Of a stretch of DNA of 64,000 nucleotides, positions 40,081 through 50,600 are shown one piece after another. Source of the stretch: an uncultured Gemmatimonadales bacterium. GTDB lineage: Bacteria > Gemmatimonadota > Gemmatimonadetes > Longimicrobiales > Longimicrobiaceae. The stretch lies in NCBI GenBank assembly GCA_963716255.1, contig OY970303.1, positions 6,592,001-6,656,000 on the forward strand. Direction: 5' to 3'. Both the position numbers and the translations under genes were made by a program. How positions within the stretch are numbered: the stretch's first letter is position 1; each line of letters begins with the position of its first letter. The notes under the pieces were generated by a model. The model searched no databases. It was not told the origin of the DNA and was given only the letters and a program-made list of their open reading frames with translations.

Positions 40081-43000
40081 ATGAGCGAGGAACAAGTCGG
40101 GCTGCTCAGAGACCTCTCACCGGAGAAGCGGGCCCTCGTCCTCAAGGCCCTGAGGGAAGGGGCCATGGAGACCCAGCGGGCGCCCATCGGCCGCAGGGAC
40201 GTACAGGATGGACCCATCCCGCTGTCCCTGTCGCAGCACAGGCTCTGGCTGGCGGATCAGCTGCGGCCGGGCAGCCGTGCTTACAACGAGCTGTCGGCGG
40301 TCCGCCTGAGCGGACCGCTCGACGTGGGCGTGCTCGAGCGGGTCTTCACCGAGATCGTCCGACGCCACGAAGCCCTCCGTACCACCTTTCCCACCACGGA
40401 CGGCGAATCGGTGCAGGTGATCGCGCCCGCACGACCCATGAAGCTCCTGGTCCACGACCTGAGCACGCTGGGGGAGAGCGAGCAGGACGCCGAGATCCAG
40501 CGGCTGGCCGACGAGGAGACCGGCCACACCTTCGACCTCTCACGCGGGCCGCTGCTCAGGCTGGCGCTCCTCCGGCTGTCGGAGCAGCAGCACGTCCTCT
40601 TCGTCTCGGCACATCACATTGTCCTGGACGGCTGGTCGATCGGTGTCTTCCGGCGTGAGATGACGGAGCTCTACCGCGCCTTCCGCGCGGGACAGCCTTC
40701 GCCGCTGCCGGAGCTGCCGGTACAGTACGCGGATTTCGCGATCTGGCAGCGGCAACAGCTCCGGGAGGAGGACAGGGAGCGCCAGCTCCGGTACTGGACG
40801 GTGCAGCTGAAGGATCTTCCACCGCTGCTGCAGCTCCCGACGGCGAACCCCCGTCCCGAAATCCAGACGTTTCGCGGAGCGAGGCAGCATTTCGAGCTCG
40901 GAGCCGAGCTCACTGAGGGACTGAAAGCGCTGAGCCAGCGCGAGAGCGTCACTCTCTTCATGACCCTGCTGGGAGCCTTCCAGATCCTGCTCCACCGCCT
41001 GTGCAACCAGACCGACGTCCCCGTGGGCACGGTGGTCGCCAACCGCAGCCAGGCCCAGATCGAAGCCCTCATCGGCTTCTTCGTCAACACGCTGGTCATG
41101 CGCGGCGACCTGGACGGCAACCCGAGTGTCCGGGAGCTGCTGCGGCGGGTGAGCCGCGTCGCCGTGGAGGCCTACGAGCACCAGGAGCTGCCGTTCGAGT
41201 ACGTGGTGGAAGCCCTCCAGCCGGAGCGGTCCCTGAGCTACCATCCGCTCTTCCAGGCATTCTTCGACGTGCAGAACACCCCCAGACCCGTGGTGGACCG
41301 TGCGCACCTGACGCTCGTCCCCATGCAGGTGGACAGCGCCCCGGCGAGGTTCGACCTGAACCTGTCCATGGAGGACACGTCCCGGGGGCTCCAGGGCTAC
41401 TGGCAGTACAGCACCGACCTGTTCGAGCCGGACACGATCAGCCGGATGACCGGTCATCTGCAGACGCTGCTGGAAGGGATGGTCGCGAACCCCGACCAGC
41501 ACGTCGCGATGCTTCCGCTGCTGACGTCCGAGGAGCGGCGGCAGGTACTGGTCGAATGGAACCAGACGAATGCCGACGTCCCCCAGGGCACGTGCATCCA
41601 CCACCTCATCGAGGCACAGGCCGCCCGGACGCCGGATGCCGTCGCCGTGGCGCACGGGGGCCGGTGCCTCACCTATCGGGCGCTGGATCGTAATGCCAAC
41701 CAGCTTGCCGGCCGTCTGCGAGTGTCGGGCGTTCGCACCGGGGCCCCGGTGGGGGTCTGCATGCCGCGCTCGGCGGAGGCGGTCGTGGCGCTGCTCGGTG
41801 TGCTGAAAGCCGGGGGCGCTTACGTGCCGCTCGACCCCGACTGGCCCAGGGAGCGACTGGCCGAGATCCTGGCGGACGCGGATCCGGCGGCGCTCGTGAC
41901 CCAGGGGCACCTGGCTTCGGCGGTCCCCGCCGGTGGCACGCCCGTGATCTTCCTGGACGCCGCAACGGAGGAGTGCGACGACGGCCCGGGAGATCCCGGC
42001 GTTCCGGTCTCGCCCGACGACCTCGCCTACGTGATCTACACCTCGGGCTCGACCGGGACCCCGAAGGGGGTGCTGGCGAGCCACCGGAACCTGGTCCACT
42101 CCACGGCGGCGCGGTGGATCTACTACCGGGAGCCGGTGACCAGCTTTCTGCTGGTCTCGCCGTTCGCGGTGGACAGCTCCGTGGCAGGGATCTTCTGGAC
42201 CCTGACTCAGGGCGGATCCCTGGTGGTGCCCTCGGACGAGGTCCTCCTCGACATCGCCGGGCTGTGTGAGCTGATCCACGCCCAGCGGGTCTCCCACCTG
42301 CTGAGCATTCCCGCGCTTTATGCCGCCATCCTGGAGGAGGCGCAATCCCGGCAGCTCGCTTCGCTCCAGGCCGTGATCCTCGCCGGTGAGCCGTGTCCGG
42401 CGAGAATCGTCACAGAACACCGGCGGCGGCTCGGGCAGGCGGCCATCTTCAACGAGTACGGGCCCACCGAAGCCACGGTCTGGAGCACCGTCTACCGGTG
42501 TGACCTGCTGCCGCCGCGCACCCCGGTTCCGATCGGGCGGCCCATCGCCAACACGCAGGTCTACCTCCTGGACGACAATGGCCAGCCGGTGCCGGTGGGT
42601 GTGCCTGCGGAGCTGCACATCGGGGGGGCGGGTGTGGCCCGCGGCTACCTCAATCGGCCGGAGCTGACCGCCGAGAAGTTCGTGTCCGCCGGGTTCCCCG
42701 AGGCTTCGGGCACTCGCCTCTACAGGACCGGCGACCTGGCGCGATTCCTACCGGACGGCAACATCGAGCTTCTGGGCCGGTCGGACCAGCAGGTGAAGAT
42801 CCGCGGCTTCCGCATCGAGCTCGGCGAGATCGAGACCGTCCTCTCGCAGTTCTGGGCCGCCAGGGAGGCCGTGGTCACGGTACGGGAGGACGAGGAGGGG
42901 AACAAGCGTGTGGTCGGCTACCTGAGCTCGAACACGGCCGTGCCGTTCTCCATGGACGAGCTGCGGGGATTCCTCTCGGAGAGGCTTCCCGCGCACGCGG

Positions 43001-43623
43001 TGCCGTCGGAGCTGGAAGTGCTGGAGAGCCTGCCCCGGCTCCGCAACGGAAAGGTCGACCGGGCGAGCCTCCCCGTGCCGGGGACGCCGCGGACCGGCGT
43101 GGCCGCAGCGCCGGGAGACGAATGGACCGACCTGGAGCGGGCGATCGCGGAGATCTGGAAGGCGACGCTGAACAAGGAGGCGGTGGGCCGCGACGACAAC
43201 TTCTTCAAGATCGGCGGGGACTCGCTCTCCATCGTGCGGGTCTACAACCGCGTGCGCGACATCACGGAGACGCAGCTCGCGATCACGGACCTGTTCAAGC
43301 ACCCCACCGTCAGCTCCCTGGCCAGGTTCATACAGCCGGAGCCGCCCGCCGAGCCCGGCTGGACGGAGCTGGAGCAAGCGATCGCGGAGATCTGGAAGGC
43401 GACGCTGAACAAGGAGGCGGTGGGCCGCGGCGACAACTTCTTCAAGATCGGCGGGGACTCGCTCTCCATCGTGCGGGTCTACAACCGCGTGCGCGACATC
43501 ACGGATACGCAGCTCGCGATCACGGACCTGTTCAAGCACCCCACCATCAGCTCCCTGGCCAGGTTCATCGAATCGGTGCCGGCGGAGGAGGGATCCGAGG
43601 AAAGGAGGCCCGTCACGATCTGA
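40081..43623 (+). CDS. NRPS C-A(His-like)-T-T
   Basis: RBS GGGAG; N-terminal docking helix LSPEKRALVL; C HHIVLDG; A code DSALIAEVWK (His-type, from memory); two carrier domains FFKIGGDS. Confidence 0.92.
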   Translation: MSEEQVGLLRDLSPEKRALVLKALREGAMETQRAPIGRRDVQDGPIPLSLSQHRLWLADQLRPGSRAYNELSAVRLSGPLDVGVLERVFTEIVRRHEALRTTFPTTDGESVQVIAPARPMKLLVHDLSTLGESEQDAEIQRLADEETGHTFDLSRGPLLRLALLRLSEQQHVLFVSAHHIVLDGWSIGVFRREMTELYRAFRAGQPSPLPELPVQYADFAIWQRQQLREEDRERQLRYWTVQLKDLPPLLQLPTANPRPEIQTFRGARQHFELGAELTEGLKALSQRESVTLFMTLLGAFQILLHRLCNQTDVPVGTVVANRSQAQIEALIGFFVNTLVMRGDLDGNPSVRELLRRVSRVAVEAYEHQELPFEYVVEALQPERSLSYHPLFQAFFDVQNTPRPVVDRAHLTLVPMQVDSAPARFDLNLSMEDTSRGLQGYWQYSTDLFEPDTISRMTGHLQTLLEGMVANPDQHVAMLPLLTSEERRQVLVEWNQTNADVPQGTCIHHLIEAQAARTPDAVAVAHGGRCLTYRALDRNANQLAGRLRVSGVRTGAPVGVCMPRSAEAVVALLGVLKAGGAYVPLDPDWPRERLAEILADADPAALVTQGHLASAVPAGGTPVIFLDAATEECDDGPGDPGVPVSPDDLAYVIYTSGSTGTPKGVLASHRNLVHSTAARWIYYREPVTSFLLVSPFAVDSSVAGIFWTLTQGGSLVVPSDEVLLDIAGLCELIHAQRVSHLLSIPALYAAILEEAQSRQLASLQAVILAGEPCPARIVTEHRRRLGQAAIFNEYGPTEATVWSTVYRCDLLPPRTPVPIGRPIANTQVYLLDDNGQPVPVGVPAELHIGGAGVARGYLNRPELTAEKFVSAGFPEASGTRLYRTGDLARFLPDGNIELLGRSDQQVKIRGFRIELGEIETVLSQFWAAREAVVTVREDEEGNKRVVGYLSSNTAVPFSMDELRGFLSERLPAHAVPSELEVLESLPRLRNGKVDRASLPVPGTPRTGVAAAPGDEWTDLERAIAEIWKATLNKEAVGRDDNFFKIGGDSLSIVRVYNRVRDITETQLAITDLFKHPTVSSLARFIQPEPPAEPGWTELEQAIAEIWKATLNKEAVGRGDNFFKIGGDSLSIVRVYNRVRDITDTQLAITDLFKHPTISSLARFIESVPAEEGSEERRPVTI
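43123..43568 (+). repeat. Tandem near-identical T-domain duplication (43123-43331 and 43360-43568, period 237 nt)
   Basis: Both encode W..LE.AIAEIWKATLNKEAVGR.DNFFKIGGDSLSIVRVYNRVRDIT.TQLAITDLFKHPT.SSLARFI. Confidence 0.95.
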
Positions 43624-43694
43624 GCTGAGCCGCCACGTAGGGAGAAGCCGCACGCAGCGCGGACCAGGTGAACTACATCAACCCGGAGGAGCAA

Positions 43695-44573
43695 ATGAGG
43701 AACACCGTGATCGAGCCGTTCGGAAGCGGCAGCGCCAAGATCATCCATAACCGCAACGGACAGAGCGTTCTCGACCTCCCCGTCGACGAGGTCAGGGAGC
43801 TGTTCAAGTCGTCCGGGGCGCTCCTCTTCCGCGATTTCGGGGTGGACCCCGAACAGATGAAGGCGTTCGCGGACCAGTTCAGCTACAAGTTCAACCGGGA
43901 CCGCCTGAGGCCGCCGGTGGAGGGCAGCGACGGGTTCGTGCAGATGGTGACCGAAGGGATGGGCTACGTCGAGCCGCACAGCGAGCAGGCGAACTCTCCG
44001 TTCCGCCCGGACGCGATCTGGTTCTGTTGCGGCACACCCGCCGAGCAGGGCGGGGAGACTCTCTACTGGGACGGGGTTCGCCTGTGGGACGAGTTCAGCC
44101 CCGAGCTCAGGAAGCTCTTCAGCACGAAGAAGCTCCGGTTCTTCCAGCGCTACACCCCGGACAAGTGGAAGCTGTTCCTGGGACCAGGATCCACCCTGGA
44201 CGACGCCCGGCGCTCCCTGGACGACGTCGAGGGCCTCTCCTACTTCGTGAGCGAGGACGACTCCATCTACCTCGAGTACGTGTGCTCGGCCGTGGTCAGG
44301 ACCAAGTACGGCGAACAGGAGGCCTTCGTGAACAGCCTCCTGTCGGAGCGGGAGAACACCCTTGGGGAGCTCATGTCGTTCGACGACGGAACGGAGATTC
44401 CCGACGACGTCATCGGCGAGGTCACAGAAGCCGTGAACCGGCGTACCGAGGAGATCCCGTGGCAGCCGGGGGACCTGGCGTTCATCGACAACTGGCGCTA
44501 CATGCACGGCCGCAACCCGTACACGGACAAGCGGCGGAAGATCTATTCCAGTCTCAGCTTCCTCAACTTCTAG
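43695..44573 (+). CDS. TauD/TfdA-family Fe(II)/2-oxoglutarate dioxygenase
   Basis: GALLFRDF; facial triad H-S-E ... H (HGR); GGET..DG; WQPGDLAFIDN. ATG 43695 follows GGAGG (alternative GTG 43668). Confidence 0.9.
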   Translation: MRNTVIEPFGSGSAKIIHNRNGQSVLDLPVDEVRELFKSSGALLFRDFGVDPEQMKAFADQFSYKFNRDRLRPPVEGSDGFVQMVTEGMGYVEPHSEQANSPFRPDAIWFCCGTPAEQGGETLYWDGVRLWDEFSPELRKLFSTKKLRFFQRYTPDKWKLFLGPGSTLDDARRSLDDVEGLSYFVSEDDSIYLEYVCSAVVRTKYGEQEAFVNSLLSERENTLGELMSFDDGTEIPDDVIGEVTEAVNRRTEEIPWQPGDLAFIDNWRYMHGRNPYTDKRRKIYSSLSFLNF

Positions 44574-44612
44574 GGTCGTGTCGTCGTAACCGCCCGCGAA
44601 CGAGGAACCGCA

Positions 44613-47600
44613 TTGGGAACCCAAGACCTGCGCGAACGGCCACGCGACGTTCCACGGGAAGACCCGCGTCACGTACGTGTGCCCGTGGTATACCCCCGGG
44701 CGCGGCCGGACTGCGCTCCTCTCTCCTTCGCGCAGCAGCGGTTATGGCTCCTGGACCAGCTCGACCCGGGGCTCTCCACGTACAACCTTCTCCTAGCCAT
44801 GCGGCTCACCGGAGGGCTGCGCGCGGAGGCGATGGAGCGCGCGATCGATGGCGTCGTGCGTCGGCACGAGGTACTGCGCACCACGATCGGAGAAGCCGAC
44901 GGAGAGCCCGTGCAGGTCATCGCTCCCGAGCTGCACGTGCCGCTCCTGCTCCGCGACCTGCGAGAGCTTCCGGGAGAGGAGCGGGAGGCGCGGGCGCGGC
45001 AGGCCATGAGGGCGCAGGAGGGGACCCCTTTCGACCTGCGGCGGGGGCCGCTCCTCCGGGCGGAGCTGCTGCGTCTCTCGGACGAGGAGCACGTGCTCCT
45101 CCTGGCCGTGCACCACATCGTCTCCGACGCGTGGTCTCTCGGCGTGCTCTTCAGCGAGATCGAAGCGCACGCCGATGCGTTCGCGAACGGGAAGGCACCA
45201 TCCTTCGCTCCACTGCCGATCCAGTACGCGGACTATGCGGTCTGGCAGCGAGACTACCTCCGGGGGGAAACGCTCGAGAGGCACCTCGCGTTCTGGAGGG
45301 AGCGGCTCGCAGGCGCACCCGCACTGCTTGAGCTCCCCACCGATCGTCCCCGTCCCAAGGTGCGGAGCTTCCGGGGCACCGAGTATACCGTGCCCCTCAC
45401 CGCCGGAATCGGGGAGCGGCTGCGCGATCTGGGCGCGGAGGAGTACGCGACGCCCTTCATGGTGCTCCTCACCGCGTTCAACGTGCTTCTTTACCGCTAT
45501 ACCGGAGAGCAGGACCTGGTCGTCGGGACGGTCGTGGCCAACCGTACCCTGCCGGAGAGCGAAGGGCTGATCGGCTTCTTCGTGAACACGCTGGTGATGC
45601 GCACGGACCTCTCCGGAGACCCTTCCTTCCGGGAACTCCTGGGGCGCGTACGCGACGCGACGCTCGGAGTCTTCGCCCACTGGGACGTTCCCTTCGAGAA
45701 GCTCGTGGAGGAGCTGAGACCCGAACGGAGCCTGAGCCACAATCCGTTCTTCCAGGTGATGTTCGTGCTGCAGAACGTCTCGCAGGGAGCACTGCGGCTC
45801 GACGGCATCGGGGTGGAGGTCGTGGAAACCGAGAAGACCACCTCCAAGTTCGACCTCACGCTATTCGTCGAGGTGAAAAACGCACGGCCCGTGCTGTTGC
45901 TGGAGTACAACACGGATCTCTTCGACGCCAGCACGATCGAGCGCATGGCGGAGCATTTTCGCATGCTTCTCGATGCCGCCGTCGAGGGGCCGGACGGCCG
46001 GATCACGGAGGTGGGCTTTCTCTCCTCCGCCGAGCGTGTGCGGATCCTGGCGGAATGGAACGCCACGGAGCGCGACTACCCTGCCGGGGCCTGCATCCAC
46101 GTCCTGTTCGCCGATCAGGCCCGGAGCACTCCGGACGCGGTGGCGGTCGTGCACGGCGAAGAGACGCTCACGTACGGAGAGCTGGATCGGCGCGCCAACC
46201 GCCTGGCGAACGCCTTGCGGAGGCGCGGGGTGGGTCCGGAGGCATGCGTCGGGGTGTGCATGCAGCGGACACCCGCGATGCTGGTGTCCCTTCTCGGGAT
46301 CCTCAAAGCCGGCGGAGCATACGTGCCGCTGGATCCCGCCTACCCCCCGGAGCGGATCCGCTCCATGATCGAGGACGCCGCCGTGGGGCTCGTCCTCACC
46401 GAGACTCCACTCCTCGGGGCGCTTCTGGGGTCCGGGGTCGCTTTCCTGGACCTCGACACCGCGTCCGAGGCGCTGGTCGGAGAGTCGGAGGCGGCACCCG
46501 TGACGGGAGTGGCCCCTGAAAACCTCTCGTACGTGATCTTCACCTCCGGAAGCACGGGGCGCCCCAAAGGGGTGATGCTCCAGCATGGGGGCACCGTGGT
46601 CTTCCTGCGCTGGATGCGGGAGCTCGTTCCGGCCGAGGAGTGGTCGTCCGTACTGGGCTCGACCTCGATCAGCTTCGACGTGTCGGTGGCCGAGGTGTTC
46701 GGCACCCTCTGCTGGGGCGGGAAGCTGGTGCTGGTGCAGAACGTCCTGGAGCTTTCCTCCGTGTCCGAGGCGGAGGAGGTGAAGCTGGTGACGACGGTCC
46801 CCACGGCCGCCGCGGAACTGCTGCGCAGCGGGGGAATTCCGCGGAGCGTACGGGCCTTCAACCTGGCTGGAGAGGTCCTCACGCCAGAGCTGGCGCGGGG
46901 GCTCTACGCGCTCGGCCACGTGGAGCAGGTGCGCAACCTGTATGGGCCCACGGAGGACACGACCTATTCCACTTGCGCGCTGGTGGAGCCGGGAAGGGAG
47001 CGGGTGGGGATCGGGCGGCCCATCGCCGACGCGCAGAGCTACGTCCTCGACCCGGGTCTGCAGCCAGTGCCCGTGGGGGTCGCCGGGCAGCTGTTCCTGG
47101 GTGGCGACGGACTGGCGCGCGGGTACGTCCACCGGCCCGGGCTGACGGCGGAGCGCTTCGTGCCCAACCCGCACGGCGTGCCGGGGTCGCGCATGTACCG
47201 CACGGGAGACCGGGCGCGCTGGCGGCCGGATGGCACGCTGGAGTACCTCGGGCGCACGGACCACCAAGTGAAGGTGCGCGGCTTCCGCATCGAGCCGGGA
47301 GAGATCGAGACGGCTCTCCGTGAGCAGGAAGGCGTGCGGGACGCGGTGGTGACGGTGCGGGAGGACACGCCGGAGCAGAAGCGGCTGGTCGCCTACGTGG
47401 TCCCGGACGAGGGCGCCGGGGTGCCGACGGCGGAACTGCGGGCGCGCCTGGCGGCCCGCCTGCCCGAATACATGGTGCCCCCGGCGTTCGTGGTGCTGGA
47501 ACGCCTGCCGCTCAACTCCAACGGCAAGGTGGACCGGGGGGCGCTGCCGGCGCCGGAGCAGGGAGCGGGGGCAGCGTACGTGGCGCCGCGGACGCCGGTG

Positions 47601-50600
47601 GAGGAGGTGGTGGCGGGGATCTGGGCGGAGGTGCTGCGCCTGGAGCGGGTGGGGGCGGAGGAGGGCTTCTTCGAGCTGGGGGGCCACTCGCTGCTGGCCA
47701 CACAGGTGGTCTCGCGGGCTCGGCAGGCGTTCGGGGTGGAGGTGCCGCTGCGGGCGCTCTTCGAGGCGCCCACGGTGGCCGCGCTCGCCGGGCGAATCGA
47801 GGTGCTGCGCGGCGCGGGCGCCTCGCCGGCGCCGCCCCTCGTGCCGGTGCGGCGCGACGGCGCGCCGCTGCCGCTGTCGTTCGCGCAGCAGCGGCTGTGG
47901 TTCCTGGACCGGCTGGAGCCGGGTAGCGCCGCGTACAACATCCCGGCCGCGCTGCGCCTGCGCGGGGCGCTGGACGTGGCCGCGCTGGGGCGCGTCCTGG
48001 GCGAGGTGGTGCGACGCCACGAGTCGCTGCGCACGACCTTCGCCGAAGCCGCGGGCGGACCCGTGCAGGTGGTGCACGAGGCCGTACCCGTGGCGCTCCC
48101 GGTGGTGGACCTGTGCGCCGGGGCGGCGGCAGAGCGCGAAGCCGCGGTGCTCCGGCTGGCCGGCGAGGAGGCCCGGCGGCCCTTCCACCTGGCCGCTGGG
48201 CCGCTGCTGCGCGCCGCGCTGCTGCGCCTGGCCGACGAGGAGTGGGTGCTGCTGTTCACCATGCACCACGCCGTCTCGGACGGGTGGAGCATGGGCGTGC
48301 TGGTGCGCGAGGTCTCCGCGCTGTACACCGCCTTCAGCCGCAGCGAGGAGGCGGAGCTCGCGCGGCTACCGGTGCAGTACGCGGACTACGCGGTGTGGCA
48401 GCGCGAATACCTGGCCGGCGAGGTGCTGGAGGCGCAGCTCTCCTGGTGGCGCGAGCGCCTGGCCAGTGCGCCTCCGCTCCTGGATCTGCCCACCGACCGC
48501 TCCCGCCCCGCGGCAGCCAGCGAGCAGGCGCGCGTGCTCCCCTTCACGCTCCCGGCAGAGGCCGTGGACGCGCTGCGGGCACTGGGGCGGGCGGAGGGAA
48601 GCACGCTCTACATGGTGCTGCTGGCGGGCTTCCAGGTCCTCCTCTCCCGCTACGCCGGAGAGGTGGACGTGAGCATAGGCTCGCCGGTGGCGGGACGGAC
48701 GCGCGCGGAGACGGAGGGGCTCATCGGCTTCTTCGTCAACACGCTGGTCGTGCGCACCGACCTGGCAGGAGACCCTTCGTTCCGCGCGCTGCTGGGGCGC
48801 GTGCGCGAGGCCGCCCTGGGGGCCTTCGCGCACCAGGAGGTGCCATTCGAGAAGCTGGTGGAGGAGCTGGCCCCGGAGCGCAGCCTGGCGCGCACGCCGC
48901 TCTTCCAGGTGATGTTCAGCCTGCAGAACGCGGAGCGCGGCGAGCTGCGCCTGGGCGACGTGCGGGCGGAGCCGGCGGGGGTAGTTGGAGCGCTGGCCAA
49001 GTTCGACCTGAACCTGGGGGTGACGGAAGAGGGCGATGGGCTGGCCGGGTCGCTGACGTACCGCGCCGAGTTGTGGGATGCCGCCACGATGGAGCGGATG
49101 CTGGAGCACTTCCGCGCGCTCCTCACGGCGCTTGCCGCAGAGCCGGGGCGCAGGCTCGCGGAGCTGGGAATGCTCTCCGGCCAGGAGCGCCGGCAGGTGG
49201 TGGAGGAATGGAACGCGAGCGCGCGCGCCTACCCGGCGGGGCTCACCCTGCATGGGCTGGTGCAGGCGCAGGCGCGCCGCACGCCCCGGGCGGTGGCGCT
49301 CGTCTTCGAGGGCCAGACGCTTACCTACGCCGAACTGGAGGCACGTGCCGAAGCGCTCGCCGTCCGCCTGCGGGCCCTGGGGGTGGGCCCCGAGGCGCGC
49401 GTGGGCGTCTGCGCGGAGCGCTCGCCCGAGCTCGTCGTGGCGCTACTGGGCACGCTCCGGGCCGGCGGCGCCTACGTTCCCGTGGATCCCGGCTACCCGG
49501 CCGAGCGCATCGCCTACATGCTCGCCGACTCCGGCGTGCCGGTGCTGCTGACCCAGGAGCGCCTGGCCGGCGGCCTCCCGGAGTTCGGCGGCGAGGTGGT
49601 GCTGCTCGACCGCGCAGACGGCGCCGAGCGCGCGGGCTACGTCCGCACTCCCTTCCCGGAGGTGGATCCCGAAGGGCTGGCGTACGTCATCTACACCTCG
49701 GGGTCCACCGGCCGGCCCAAGGGAGCGATGAACGCGCACCGCGGCATCGTCAACCGGCTGCTGTGGATGCAGGAGCAGTACGAGCTGGGAGCCGGAGACG
49801 TGGTGCTGCAGAAGACGCCGTTCGGCTTCGACGTCTCGGTGTGGGAGCTCTTCTGGCCGCTGATGACGGGGGCGCGCCTGGTGCTGGCCCGCCCGGGGGC
49901 CCATGGGGACCCGCGCTACCTGTCGGAAGTGATCGAGCGGGAGGGGGTGAGCACGCTGCACTTCGTGCCGCCCATGCTGCAGGCCTTTTTGGACGCTGGG
50001 GAGCCGGGGCGGTGCGCGTCGCTGCGGCGGGTGATGTGCAGCGGCGAGGCGCTGCCGTACGAGCTGACGGAGCGCTTCCGCGAGGCGCTGCCGGCGGCGG
50101 AGCTTCACAACCTGTACGGGCCCACCGAGGCCGCGGTGGACGTCACGTACTGGAAGTGCGAGCCGCGGGAGCGTCGCGTGGTGCCGATCGGGTGTCCGGT
50201 GGCGAACACGCGCCTGTACGTGCTGGACGGCGCGGGCGAGCCGGCGCCGGTGGGGGTGCCGGGCGAGCTGTTCATCGGAGGGTTGCAGGTGGGTCGGGGC
50301 TACCTGGGGAGGGCGGAGCTTACGGCGGAGAAGTTCGTGCCCGACGCGCTGTCGGGAGATAGGGGAGTGCGCCTGTACCGGACCGGGGACCGGGCGCGGT
50401 GGACGCTCGCCGGCGAGGTGGAGTACCTGGGGCGGATGGACTTCCAGGTGAAGGTGCGGGGGTTCCGGATCGAGCTGGGGGAGATCGAGGCCGCGCTGCT
50501 GGGGCACGCCGGAGTTCGCGAGGCGGTGGTGCTGGCGCGCGAGGACGCACCCGGCGACCGGCGGATCGTCGCGTACGTGGTGCCCGGGGGAGAGGTGGCA

